DNA of 64,000 nucleotides from Acidobacteriota bacterium (GTDB lineage: Bacteria > Acidobacteriota > Vicinamibacteria > Vicinamibacterales > UBA2999). This document shows, one piece after another, positions 18,691 to 27,733 of this stretch (positions are counted from its first letter, which is position 1; the number at the start of each line of letters is the position of its first letter). Below the pieces are notes generated by a model. That model did no database searches and was not told the origin of the DNA. It saw only the letters and a list, made by a program, of their open reading frames with translations. The stretch spans positions 1,780 through 65,779 of the forward strand of contig JADZCY010000116.1 in assembly GCA_020851325.1 (NCBI GenBank). Direction: 5' to 3'. A program made the translations under genes and the position numbers.

Positions 18691-20124
18691 GTGTCCGGAT
18701 TCGTCGTTCGCGTCGTCCTCGTGGCGCTCCTGTTGCTGTTCGCGCTCGTGCAGCCGTCCACCGTGAACCTGCCGGCCCGCTCCACACCGCGCGGGCCGTC
18801 GGACACGGACCTGTACGTGTCACCGGATGGTCACGCGGACGCACCAGGCACGCGCGACGCGCCGCTGACGCTCGCCGCGGCACTGGCGGGCGACGGACCG
18901 GCGCAGCCCGGCAACACGGTGTGGCTGCGCGAGGGCACCTATCGCGGCGCGTTCGTCAGCGCGGTGCGCGGGCTGCCCGACGCGCCGATCGTGTTCCGGC
19001 AGTATCCCGGCGAGCGCGCCATCATCGACAGCCGGCCGTTTCCGGATGCCGCCCTCACGGTCACCGGCGCCTGGACGACGTTCTGGGGGTTCGAGATCAC
19101 CAACTCCGATCCGGAGCGGCAGGCCAGGGAGTCCGGCCCCTGGCCGGCGGACCTGCGGCGCGGCAGCGGGATTTTCGCGCGCGGCCCGCACAACGCCTTC
19201 ATCAACCTCGTCGTGCACGACCTCGCCAACGGCTTCGGTGTGTGGGAGGAGTCGCAGGATTCGGTCGTCTACGGCAACCTCGTCTACTACAACGGCTGGG
19301 AAGGCCCGGAACGCGCGCACGGCCACGGCATCTACACGCAGAACCGTCTCGGCCAGCGCCTCGTCGCCGACAACATCGTCTTCCGTCAGTTCAGCCACGG
19401 CATTCATGCCTTCGGATCGTCGGCCGCCCATCTCGACAACATCACGCTGCGCGGCAACGCCGTGTTCGACAACGGCGGCATCGCGAAGAGCGGCTCCGAA
19501 CGCGACATTCTGCTCGGCGGCGATCGCATCGCCGCCAACCCTGTCCTCGAAGCCAACGCCACGTTCGGTCCGGCGCAGAGCGCAATGGGCTGGGATGCCG
19601 GCTGCACGAACGGCCGCGTCTTCGGCAACACGTTCGTCGGCACCACGCCGCTCATCCTGGTGCGCTGCGACCCGTCGATGACCGGCAACACCTTCGTCGG
19701 TTTCACCGGCGACGTCTCCGCACGTTACGCCGGTGGCGCCGGCGATCTGTCGCGGCTGCACCCGGACAACACGTTCTTTGCGACCGCGCCGGCCGACGGC
19801 GTGCACACGCAACTGCGTGTCAATGACTACGACCCGTCGCGCGCACACCTGATTGTCTACAACTGGGGCGCGCGTGCCTCCGTCGACGTCGACGTGCGCG
19901 AGTTCGCCCGCGCCGGCGATCGCATCGACGTCATCGATGCGCAGAACTACTTTGGCCGTCCCGTCGCCAGCGTGGTGCACCGCGACGGCCAGCCGCTGAC
20001 GGTGCCGATGACGTCAACGGTCGTGGCCACACCGATTGGCGCCGTGCCCACGCCACCGCGTCACACCGGACCGCGGTTCGGCGTGTTCGTCCTGCGCGCC
20101 ACGCCGCCGGCACCCCGTCCATGA
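18691..20124 (+). CDS. secreted right-handed parallel beta-helix protein, paralog B
   Basis: Signal-like VVRVVLVALLLLFALVQPS. TVWLREGTYRGAF, FINLVVHDLANGFGV, YGNLVYYNGWEG, HGHGIYTQN and ERDILLGG align with paralogs A and C. Confidence 0.7.
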   Translation: MSGFVVRVVLVALLLLFALVQPSTVNLPARSTPRGPSDTDLYVSPDGHADAPGTRDAPLTLAAALAGDGPAQPGNTVWLREGTYRGAFVSAVRGLPDAPIVFRQYPGERAIIDSRPFPDAALTVTGAWTTFWGFEITNSDPERQARESGPWPADLRRGSGIFARGPHNAFINLVVHDLANGFGVWEESQDSVVYGNLVYYNGWEGPERAHGHGIYTQNRLGQRLVADNIVFRQFSHGIHAFGSSAAHLDNITLRGNAVFDNGGIAKSGSERDILLGGDRIAANPVLEANATFGPAQSAMGWDAGCTNGRVFGNTFVGTTPLILVRCDPSMTGNTFVGFTGDVSARYAGGAGDLSRLHPDNTFFATAPADGVHTQLRVNDYDPSRAHLIVYNWGARASVDVDVREFARAGDRIDVIDAQNYFGRPVASVVHRDGQPLTVPMTSTVVATPIGAVPTPPRHTGPRFGVFVLRATPPAPRP

Positions 20125-20996
20125 GCACACCTGCGTTCCTGCCGTCCACGATGACGACCACCGCCGCCGCGCGTCCGCTGCCACACGTCCGTCTCGAGCC
20201 GTCGCGCGGCTGGGTCGGCCTGCGGCTGCGCGAGGTGTGGGAGTATCACGAGCTCGTCTACTTCCTGATGTGGCGTGACGTGAAGGTGCGCTACAAGCAG
20301 ACGGCCCTCGGGGCGGCGTGGGCGATCATCCAGCCGCTGTTCACGATGATCGTCTTCACGCTGTTCTTCGGACGGCTGGCGAAGATCCCGTCGGACGGGC
20401 TGCCGTATCCGATCTTCACGTATGCGGCGCTGGTGCCGTGGACCTTCTTCGCCAACGGCCTCGCGCAGTCGGCGGACAGCCTGGCGGGCAGCGCGAATCT
20501 GCTGCGCAAGGTCTACTTTCCGCGGCTGGCCATTCCGCTGGCGACGGTGCTGTCGGGCGTCGTCGACTTCTGCATCGCCTTTGTCGTGTTGATCGGGTTG
20601 ATGGCCGTCTACGGCGTCGTCCCGACGGCCAACATCGTCTGGCTGCCGGCCTTGCTGCTGCTGGCGCTGTGCACGGCCCTCGGCGTCGGCCTGTGGCTCT
20701 CGGCACTGAACGTTCAGTACCGCGACGTGAAATACGTCGTGCCGTTCCTGGTGCAGTTCTGGATGCTGGCGACGCCGATCGCGTATCCGAGCAGCATGAT
20801 TCCCGAGCCGTGGCGCACGGTGTACGGCATCAACCCGATGAGCGGTGTGATCGAGGGCTTCCGCTGGGCCCTGCTCGGGACCGACAGCCCGCCCGGCATG
20901 ATGCTCGCGGTGTCCGTCGCCGTGTCGGTGTCGCTGCTCGTCGGCGGCGCGTTCTACTTCAAACGTCTCGAACGAACCTTCGCCGACATCGTCTGA
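20121..20996 (+). CDS. wzm: ABC-2 type polysaccharide export permease
   Basis: ATGA overlap with the upstream gene. 291 aa, six predicted TM helices, YKQTALGAAWAIIQPL N-terminal block typical of Wzm/TagG. Confidence 0.85.
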   Translation: MSTPAFLPSTMTTTAAARPLPHVRLEPSRGWVGLRLREVWEYHELVYFLMWRDVKVRYKQTALGAAWAIIQPLFTMIVFTLFFGRLAKIPSDGLPYPIFTYAALVPWTFFANGLAQSADSLAGSANLLRKVYFPRLAIPLATVLSGVVDFCIAFVVLIGLMAVYGVVPTANIVWLPALLLLALCTALGVGLWLSALNVQYRDVKYVVPFLVQFWMLATPIAYPSSMIPEPWRTVYGINPMSGVIEGFRWALLGTDSPPGMMLAVSVAVSVSLLVGGAFYFKRLERTFADIV

Positions 20997-21004
20997 GCCT
21001 TCTC

Positions 21005-22333
21005 ATGTCCGAACTCGCCATCCACGCCGAGTGTCTCGGCAAGTCGTATCGCCTGGGCGCGCGTCAGGAGCGCTACCAGAGCCTGCGTGATGCCCTCGCC
21101 CGCGGCGCGCGGGCCACCGTCGCGCGGCTGCGGCCCGGCCGTCGGGCCGCGCGGCCTGCCGCCGAAACGATGTGGGCGCTCGAGGACGTGACGTTCTCGA
21201 TCCGTCAGGGCGAGGTGGTCGGCATCATCGGCCGGAACGGCGCCGGCAAGAGCACGCTCCTGAAACTGCTGTCGCGCATCACCGAACCGTCGCGGGGCAC
21301 GGTGGACATCTGGGGTCGAGTCGGATCGCTACTCGAGGTCGGCACCGGTTTCCATCCGGAACTGACCGGTCGCGAGAACATCTACCTGAGCGGCGCCATC
21401 CTCGGCATGAAGCGCGCGCGCATCATCGAGAAGTTCGACGAGATGGTGGCCTTCGCCGAAGTCGAGCGCTTCGTCGACACGCCGGTGAAGCACTACTCGT
21501 CCGGCATGTATCTGCGCCTGGCGTTTGCCGTTGCCGCGCATCTCGACCCGGAGATCCTGCTGGTCGACGAGGTGCTGGCCGTGGGCGACGCGCGCTTCCA
21601 GCGCAAGTGCCTCGACAAGATGCAGGAGGTCGGCGCGCAGGGCCGCACCGTGCTCTTCGTCTCGCACAGCATGCCGACGATCACACGGCTCTGCCCGCGA
21701 GCCATCCTGCTCGGCGAGGGTCGGGTGCTGCACGACGGTCCGGCGCCCTCGGTGGTCGCGCAGTACCTGCAGTCCGGACTCGGTACAGCCTCCGCGCGTG
21801 AGTGGACGGATCCGCAGCGCGCGCCGGCGAGCGACACGGTGCGCCTGCGCGCAGTACGGCTGCGCACGAGCCGCGGCATCGTGCCCGACACCGTCGACAT
21901 CCGCGAAACCGTTGGCGTCGAGATGGAGTACGACGTGCTGCGCCCCGGCGTGGTGCTCTTTCCGCACTTCAGCGCGCACACGGCCGAAGGCGCCTTTGCG
22001 TTCGTCGGGCTCGATCAGGATCCCGAGTGGCGTTCACGGCCGCGGCCGGTCGGGCGGTACATCAGCACCGGCTGGATCCCCGGCAACCTGCTCTCCGAGG
22101 GGATCATGCTGATTGGCGCGGCGATGCGTTCGCTCGCGCCCGATCAGCTGCACTTCTGGGAACGCGACGCCGTCTCGTTCCACGTCGTCGATGTGCCCAA
22201 CGCCGACACGGCGCGTGGCGACTATCCAGGCGGTATCCCCGGCGTCGTCCGCCCGCTGCTCCGCTGGACGACGGAGTTTCATCCGCCGGCGGCGCGGGTG
22301 ACCGATCCGGAAGCGGTGGTGGTGTCGTCATGA
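21005..22333 (+). CDS. wzt: polysaccharide ABC exporter ATP-binding protein with C-terminal glycan-binding-type extension
   Basis: Internal ATG 21005 of track ORF 20318..22333. Walker A GRNGAGKST, signature YSSGMYLRLAF, Walker B ILLVDE, plus an about 190-aa C-terminal beta-rich domain. Confidence 0.9.
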   Translation: MSELAIHAECLGKSYRLGARQERYQSLRDALARGARATVARLRPGRRAARPAAETMWALEDVTFSIRQGEVVGIIGRNGAGKSTLLKLLSRITEPSRGTVDIWGRVGSLLEVGTGFHPELTGRENIYLSGAILGMKRARIIEKFDEMVAFAEVERFVDTPVKHYSSGMYLRLAFAVAAHLDPEILLVDEVLAVGDARFQRKCLDKMQEVGAQGRTVLFVSHSMPTITRLCPRAILLGEGRVLHDGPAPSVVAQYLQSGLGTASAREWTDPQRAPASDTVRLRAVRLRTSRGIVPDTVDIRETVGVEMEYDVLRPGVVLFPHFSAHTAEGAFAFVGLDQDPEWRSRPRPVGRYISTGWIPGNLLSEGIMLIGAAMRSLAPDQLHFWERDAVSFHVVDVPNADTARGDYPGGIPGVVRPLLRWTTEFHPPAARVTDPEAVVVSS

Positions 22334-23115
22334 CGTCTCGTTCATCTGCGCATCTGCGGCTGCGGCATTCGTGGCCATCTGCGCATCTGCGGCATGTGTG
22401 GATGGCGGCGTGGATGAAAGGCGCCGGCCACGGCCCGCTGGGCCGGCTGTCGATGCGCCTGGCGGCGTGGGCGGCGCCGCCCCACCGCGGACGCAACCTG
22501 CTGGCACGACTCAGCCCCGCCGGCTTTGTCGCCGCGTCGGCGCTCGAGCATCACCCGGACCTGACGTACGGCCGTCACGGTTTCATCGGCGAGCGTGTCG
22601 TGTTGTATTCACGCGACGGCAGCGGTCGCATTGTCCTCGGCAACGGCGCACACGTCTATCAGGACAGCGTGCTCGAGACCGGACACGGCGGTGAGATCCA
22701 CATCGGCGCGCACACGAGCATTCATACGCGGTGTCAGTTGATGGCGTATGTCGGATCGATCCGCATCGGCAGCGGCGTCGCCGTGGCCGCCAACTGCGCG
22801 TTGTATCCCTACGACCACGGTACGGTTCTCGGCGAGCCCATCGCACGCCAGCCGCTCGTCAGCCGGGGCGACATCGTCATCGATGACGATGCGTGGCTGG
22901 GGACGGGCGTGATTGTGCTCGCCGGCGTGCGCGTCGGCACTGGTGCGGTGGTGGCCGCCGGTGCGGTTGTGACCCGCGATGTCCCACCGAACGCGATTGC
23001 CGCCGGCGTGCCGGCACGCGTGGTCGGCTGGCGTCAGCCGCCGCCGCGCGATCGGGCCGAGCCGGTCGAACACCTCGAAGCCATTGCCGCCGCGGGCGGT
23101 CGCGACCTGCCATGA
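22330..23115 (+). CDS. left-handed beta-helix (hexapeptide-repeat) acetyl/acyltransferase
   Basis: ATGA overlap with wzt. Hexapeptide runs [34 protein letters not shown] and [33 protein letters not shown]. The true start may lie further downstream. Confidence 0.8.
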   Translation: MTSRSSAHLRLRHSWPSAHLRHVWMAAWMKGAGHGPLGRLSMRLAAWAAPPHRGRNLLARLSPAGFVAASALEHHPDLTYGRHGFIGERVVLYSRDGSGRIVLGNGAHVYQDSVLETGHGGEIHIGAHTSIHTRCQLMAYVGSIRIGSGVAVAANCALYPYDHGTVLGEPIARQPLVSRGDIVIDDDAWLGTGVIVLAGVRVGTGAVVAAGAVVTRDVPPNAIAAGVPARVVGWRQPPPRDRAEPVEHLEAIAAAGGRDLP

Positions 23116-24104
23116 CGTCACTCGTGTCCGCGTTCGATCAGCCGGCCGCGCACGTCCCGCGCGTCAGCATCGGCCTGCCCGTCTACAACGGCGAGCGCTA
23201 TCTGCCGGATGCCTTTGCCATGCTGGCGGCGCAGACGTGGCGCGACTACGAACTGATCGTGATCGACAACGGCTCGCGCGACGGTACCGCCGCGATCGGC
23301 CGCGAGTGGGCGGCGCGCGATGCGCGCATTCGCTACGTGCGGTTCGAGGACACCATCCCGCTCGTCGACAACTTCTGGCGCGCGTTCCTGCACGCCCGCG
23401 GCGCCTACTTCGTGTGGAACGCCGCCGACGACTTCCGTCCGCCCGATGCGCTGGCGCGCGGAGTCGCGGCCCTGGACGCCGATCCCGACGCCGTCCTGGT
23501 GCACGGCCCGGTGGCGCTGGATCTGGGCAACGGACGCAGCGCCCCGACGATCGACAACGACATCGAGGCGGATGGTCGCGATCCCGCCGAGCGCGTCGCG
23601 CGCTTCACCGCTCGTCTGCGGCACAACGCCGTGCTCTACGGCATGTATCGTCGCGAGGCGCTGGCCCGCGCCGTGTTCCGGCAGCACGTCGGTCAGGACT
23701 TTCTCGTCTGCCTGCAGGTGGCGATGATCGGCCGCGTCATCCACACGCCGCTGCCGCTCATCCGCTACTACCACGCCAATGGACCGCTGGACGAACCGAT
23801 GTATGCGCGCCCGCCGTTCACGCTGGCGCACGCGCTGGCCTGGCCGCGCAACCGCTTCAAGTGCGCCATCGTGCTGGTGCGCGGCAGCTGGTATCTGGCT
23901 CGCGAACGCGGCACGCCGCCGGTGACGCGTTGGCGCGCGATCGCGGCGTTCGCCACCACGTTTCTCAGGCGGTATCGCCGGCATCTGCTGGACGAACTGC
24001 TGCTCGCGCTCGCGGCGCCGGTCGCCTGGCTGCTGTGGCCGATCACCGAACGACTGCGCCGGGCCAGACGCCGACAGGCCGCGGCCACCGGCGCGGTCCG
24101 ATAA
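23112..24104 (+). CDS. glycosyltransferase family 2
   Basis: ATGA overlap with the upstream gene. [18 protein letters not shown] and [14 protein letters not shown] are GT-A N-terminal motifs. Confidence 0.85.
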   Translation: MTSLVSAFDQPAAHVPRVSIGLPVYNGERYLPDAFAMLAAQTWRDYELIVIDNGSRDGTAAIGREWAARDARIRYVRFEDTIPLVDNFWRAFLHARGAYFVWNAADDFRPPDALARGVAALDADPDAVLVHGPVALDLGNGRSAPTIDNDIEADGRDPAERVARFTARLRHNAVLYGMYRREALARAVFRQHVGQDFLVCLQVAMIGRVIHTPLPLIRYYHANGPLDEPMYARPPFTLAHALAWPRNRFKCAIVLVRGSWYLARERGTPPVTRWRAIAAFATTFLRRYRRHLLDELLLALAAPVAWLLWPITERLRRARRRQAAATGAVR

Positions 24105-24121
24105 CACGGGAGCCGACGGAC

Positions 24122-24895
24122 ATGAAGGTGGTGATCCTGGCGGGCGGCATGGGCACCCGCATCAGCGAAGAGAGTGCGATTCGGCCGAAGCCGATGATCG
24201 AGATCGGCCACCAGCCGATCCTGTGGCACATCATGAAGATGTTCACGGCGCACGGGCTGACCGACTTCATCATCTGCTGCGGCTATCGCGGCGAGATGAT
24301 CAAGGAGTACTTCGCCAACTACTACCTGCGCCGCAGCGACGTCACGTTCGACCTGCGCGCCAACGCGCTCCAGGTGCACCGTGCCTGCGCCGAACCGTGG
24401 CGCGTCACCGTCGTCGATACCGGACTGCAGTCGATGACCGGCGGCCGGCTCAAGCGCATCGCCGCGCACCTCGGCGACGAGCCGTTCTGCATGACCTACG
24501 GTGACGGCGTCTCGGACGTGCACATCGGCGACCTCGTCGACTTCCATCGCCGCCAGGGCCGGCTGGCGACGTTGACCGCCGTGCAGCCGCCCGGGCGCTT
24601 TGGCGCCTTCACGCTGTCGCGCGAGGAGAGCGCCATCCGCACGTTTCACGAAAAGCCGAGCGGCGACGGCGCGTGGGTGAATGGCGGCTTCTTCGTCCTC
24701 GAACCAGAGGTGCTCGACTACATCGACAGCGACGACACGGTGTGGGAACGTGAACCGCTCGAGCGGCTGGCTACCGATGGGCAACTGTCGGCCTACCGTC
24801 ATCCCGGTTTCTGGCAGCCGATGGACACGCTGCGTGACAAGATGCTGCTCGAAGAACGGTGGGCCGGTGGGGACGCGCCCTGGAAGTGCTGGTGA
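24122..24895 (+). CDS. rfbF: glucose-1-phosphate cytidylyltransferase
   Basis: [41 protein letters not shown] plus a C-terminal [11 protein letters not shown] block. 257 aa, the usual RfbF size. Confidence 0.9.
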   Translation: MKVVILAGGMGTRISEESAIRPKPMIEIGHQPILWHIMKMFTAHGLTDFIICCGYRGEMIKEYFANYYLRRSDVTFDLRANALQVHRACAEPWRVTVVDTGLQSMTGGRLKRIAAHLGDEPFCMTYGDGVSDVHIGDLVDFHRRQGRLATLTAVQPPGRFGAFTLSREESAIRTFHEKPSGDGAWVNGGFFVLEPEVLDYIDSDDTVWEREPLERLATDGQLSAYRHPGFWQPMDTLRDKMLLEERWAGGDAPWKCW

Positions 24896-24899
24896 TCCC

Positions 24900-25460
24900 G
24901 TGACGATCAACTCGACCATCCTGCCCGGCGCGTTCGTCATCGAGAGCGAGCCGCGGACCGACGATCGCGGGTCGTTCGCGCGGACGTTCTGCGCCCGCGA
25001 ACTCGCCGCCTGCGGCGTGACGCTGGCGCCGGTGCAGGCCAACGTCGCCACCACACGTCGCCGCGGCACCGTGCGCGGGCTGCACTATCAGGTTGCGCCG
25101 TCGCTCGAACCGAAATTGATCCGCTGCACGCGCGGCGCCATTCACGACGTCGTCGTCGATCTCCGCCAGGACTCATCCACGTACGGCCAGCACATCGGCG
25201 TGGAGTTGAGCGCCGCCAACATGCGGGCGCTGTTCGTGCCGGCTTTGTGTGCGCACGGCTATCAGACTCTCGACGACGACTGCCAGGTGGAATACCTCGT
25301 CGGTGGTTATTACGATCCGGCCTGCGAGCGTGGCGTTCGCTATGACGATCCGGCTCTCGGCATCGCGTGGCCGCTGCCGGCCGTCGCGTTGAGCGGCAAG
25401 GACGCCAACTGGCCGCTCCTGCCCGCTTTCGACCTGGCCGTCACGAAAGGACGTTCATGA
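24900..25460 (+). CDS. NDP-4-keto-6-deoxyhexose 3,5-epimerase family (RmlC-like cupin)
   Basis: GTG 24900 is in frame with track ORF 24681..25460. DDRGSFARTF, RGLHYQ, KLIRCTRGAIHDVVVDLR and AHGYQTL are RmlC-family blocks. Confidence 0.85.
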   Translation: MTINSTILPGAFVIESEPRTDDRGSFARTFCARELAACGVTLAPVQANVATTRRRGTVRGLHYQVAPSLEPKLIRCTRGAIHDVVVDLRQDSSTYGQHIGVELSAANMRALFVPALCAHGYQTLDDDCQVEYLVGGYYDPACERGVRYDDPALGIAWPLPAVALSGKDANWPLLPAFDLAVTKGRS

Positions 25461-26821
25461 TCCTCGTCGACACCGCCCTCCAGGAACGGGCGCGCAGCGG
25501 CCGGCCGATTCGGGTCGGGCTGGCCGGCGCCGGATTCATGGGCCGCGGCATCGTCAATCAGTTGGTGCACTACTCGCCCGGCATCAGCCTGGCCGCGGTG
25601 TTCAGCCGCGATATCGAGCATGCCCGCCGGGCCTGCGCCGAGGATGGCGTGGCCGACATCCGCGTCGCCCGCAGCACCGATGACATCAACGACTCAATTG
25701 CCGCCGGCGCCTGCGCCATCACCGACGATGCGGCGCTGCTGTGCCGGGCAAAGGGCATCGACATCGTCGTCGATGCGACCGGCGCGGTGGAATTCGGCGC
25801 GCAGTTGGCGATGGACGCCATCGACGCCGGCAAGGACGTCGTGCTGATGAATGCGGAACTCGACGGCACCGTCGGCCCGCAACTGAAGGCGTACGCCGAT
25901 CGCGCCGGCGTCATCCTCACCGGCTGCGACGGCGATCAGCCGGGCGTGCAGATGAACCTGGTGCGCTTCGTCAACAGCATCGGGCTCACGCCACTGGTCT
26001 GCGGCAACATCAAGGGCCTGCAGGATCGCTATCGGACGCCAACGACACAGGCGGGATTCGCGAAGCGGTGGGGACAGACGCCGCACATGGTGACCAGCTT
26101 TGCCGATGGCACCAAGATCTCCTTCGAGCAGGCGATTGTCGCCAACGCCACCGGTATGCGCGTCGCCTGCCGCGGCATGCGCGGCTACGACCACACCGGG
26201 CACGTCGATCAGTTGACGTCGATGTTCGACGTCGACGAACTGAAGGCGCTCGGCGGCGTCGTGGACTACGTCGTCGGCGCGGCGCCCAGCCCCGGCGTGT
26301 TCGTCTTCGCGGCGCGTCGTGACGAATCACAGAAGCTGTATCTGGACTACGCCAAGCTGGGTGAAGGTCCGCTCTACAGCTTCTATGTTCCGTATCATCT
26401 GACGGTGTTCGAGGTACCGCTCAGCGTGGCCCGCGTCGCGCTGTTTCGTGACGCCGTGATTGCACCGACGCATGGACCACGCGTCGACGTGGTGACAACG
26501 GCGAAGATGGACATGAAGGCCGGCGACGTGATCGACGGCCTCGGCGGCTACTGCACTTACGGCCTGTGCGAGAACGCCGACGTGACGTGGCGGGATCGAC
26601 TGCTGCCAATGGGTCTGGCCGAAGCGTGTCGCCTGAGGCGCGACGTCGCGAAAGACGAGGTGCTCACCTACGATGACGTCGAACTGCCCGGTGGCCGGCT
26701 CGTCGAACGGCTGCGCGCCGAGCAGGACGCCGCGTTCTTCGGTGCGGCGCTGTTCGAATCCACACACGTCGCCGTCGATCGATTGACGGCGATGGCGGAA
26801 GTTCCCGGTTTGCCGCGCTGA
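25457..26821 (+). CDS. NAD(P)-binding oxidoreductase, homoserine-dehydrogenase-like with SAF-type C-terminus
   Basis: ATGA overlap with the epimerase. N-terminal Rossmann RVGLAGAGFMGRGIVNQL. The overall pattern resembles the 'predicted homoserine dehydrogenase with SAF domain' group. Substrate unknown. Confidence 0.6.
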   Translation: MILVDTALQERARSGRPIRVGLAGAGFMGRGIVNQLVHYSPGISLAAVFSRDIEHARRACAEDGVADIRVARSTDDINDSIAAGACAITDDAALLCRAKGIDIVVDATGAVEFGAQLAMDAIDAGKDVVLMNAELDGTVGPQLKAYADRAGVILTGCDGDQPGVQMNLVRFVNSIGLTPLVCGNIKGLQDRYRTPTTQAGFAKRWGQTPHMVTSFADGTKISFEQAIVANATGMRVACRGMRGYDHTGHVDQLTSMFDVDELKALGGVVDYVVGAAPSPGVFVFAARRDESQKLYLDYAKLGEGPLYSFYVPYHLTVFEVPLSVARVALFRDAVIAPTHGPRVDVVTTAKMDMKAGDVIDGLGGYCTYGLCENADVTWRDRLLPMGLAEACRLRRDVAKDEVLTYDDVELPGGRLVERLRAEQDAAFFGAALFESTHVAVDRLTAMAEVPGLPR

Positions 26822-26827
26822 TCCGCG

Positions 26828-27733
26828 ATGCCGATGCCCGCTCCCCCCAACGCGCGCGTGATCATTACCGCGACTTCACCCGCGGCGCCATCCGCTCACC
26901 GGATGGTACGGGCGGCCTACGTGCGCTTCATTCGCCCCTATCTGTCCGGCGATCTGGCGCGGCAGCGCGTGAAGCTGGTGTGGCACGTTTGGGGTTATCT
27001 CGGCCTGCTGCGCTTGTACCGCCTGCCGCTGGCGGCGCGGCTCGGCGTCATCGCGCGGTTCCTGCGCATCGACTGGATGGTGCCGCACGCGCACCGTCCG
27101 CGCGAGATCGCCACGTTGTGTCTGGCGCTTGGCGCGACGCCGGCGCGGCCCGGTGAGGTTGTCGTCGAAGCCGGCTGCTGGCAGGGCGGCGGCTCGGCCA
27201 AGCTGAGCATCGCCTGCCGGCGCCTTGGCTACCGGCTGCACATCTACGATTCATTTGCCGGTGTCGAAGTGATGTCGGCCGCCGACCGCGCGCGCAGTTT
27301 CGACTTTTCCGGATCGTTCCGCGCTTCGGCCGATGTCCTTCAGCGCAATCTCGCGCGCTTCGGCGAACCCGACGTCTGCACGATCCATCCCGGATGGTTT
27401 GCCGACACGCTCGCGCACACGCCCGTGCCGGCGTCGGTCAAGCTGGCGTACATCGACTGCGATCTCGCCAAGGGCACCATTGAAGTGTTGCGCGGCGTGC
27501 TGCCGTCGCTGGCCGAGGACGGCGCCGTGTTCTCGCAGGACTGCCACATCCCGAACGTTTTCGACGTGCTGAACGACGCCGTGACGTGGACGGCCCTTGG
27601 ACGACCGCCGGCGCGCATCGAACGCCTCGGCCCGCAACTCGCTCGCATTCACGTGCGGGAGCACGACGGCACACGAAGTCGCGAAGATCACGAAGGACGA
27701 CACGACGCTCGTCCCTCCAGCCGTACGTTCTAG
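26828..27733 (+). CDS. TylF/MycF-like (macrocin-O-methyltransferase family) SAM-dependent O-methyltransferase
   Basis: VVEAGCWQGGGSAKLS, IYDSFAGV and LAYIDCDLAKGT blocks resemble TylF-family sugar O-methyltransferases. Confidence 0.7.
   Translation: MPMPAPPNARVIITATSPAAPSAHRMVRAAYVRFIRPYLSGDLARQRVKLVWHVWGYLGLLRLYRLPLAARLGVIARFLRIDWMVPHAHRPREIATLCLALGATPARPGEVVVEAGCWQGGGSAKLSIACRRLGYRLHIYDSFAGVEVMSAADRARSFDFSGSFRASADVLQRNLARFGEPDVCTIHPGWFADTLAHTPVPASVKLAYIDCDLAKGTIEVLRGVLPSLAEDGAVFSQDCHIPNVFDVLNDAVTWTALGRPPARIERLGPQLARIHVREHDGTRSREDHEGRHDARPSSRTF

Noticed and set aside
22343-22393. 18-bp direct repeat CATCTGCGCATCTGCGGC (22343-22360 and 22376-22393) at the 5' end of the acetyltransferase ORF.
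   Set aside because: This is an in-frame 33-bp-period duplication in a non-conserved N-terminal extension ([20 protein letters not shown]). The hexapeptide-repeat domain starts well downstream, so the true start may lie after it. No functional inference is possible.
27730-27733. The convergent genes (TylF-like methyltransferase, plus strand; 1145-aa beta-helix protein, minus strand) share the palindromic CTAG as overlapping stop codons.
   Set aside because: The observation is real but probably a trivial consequence of compact gene packing. It leaves no room for a terminator and implies possible transcriptional collision, but there is nothing further to support a regulatory role.
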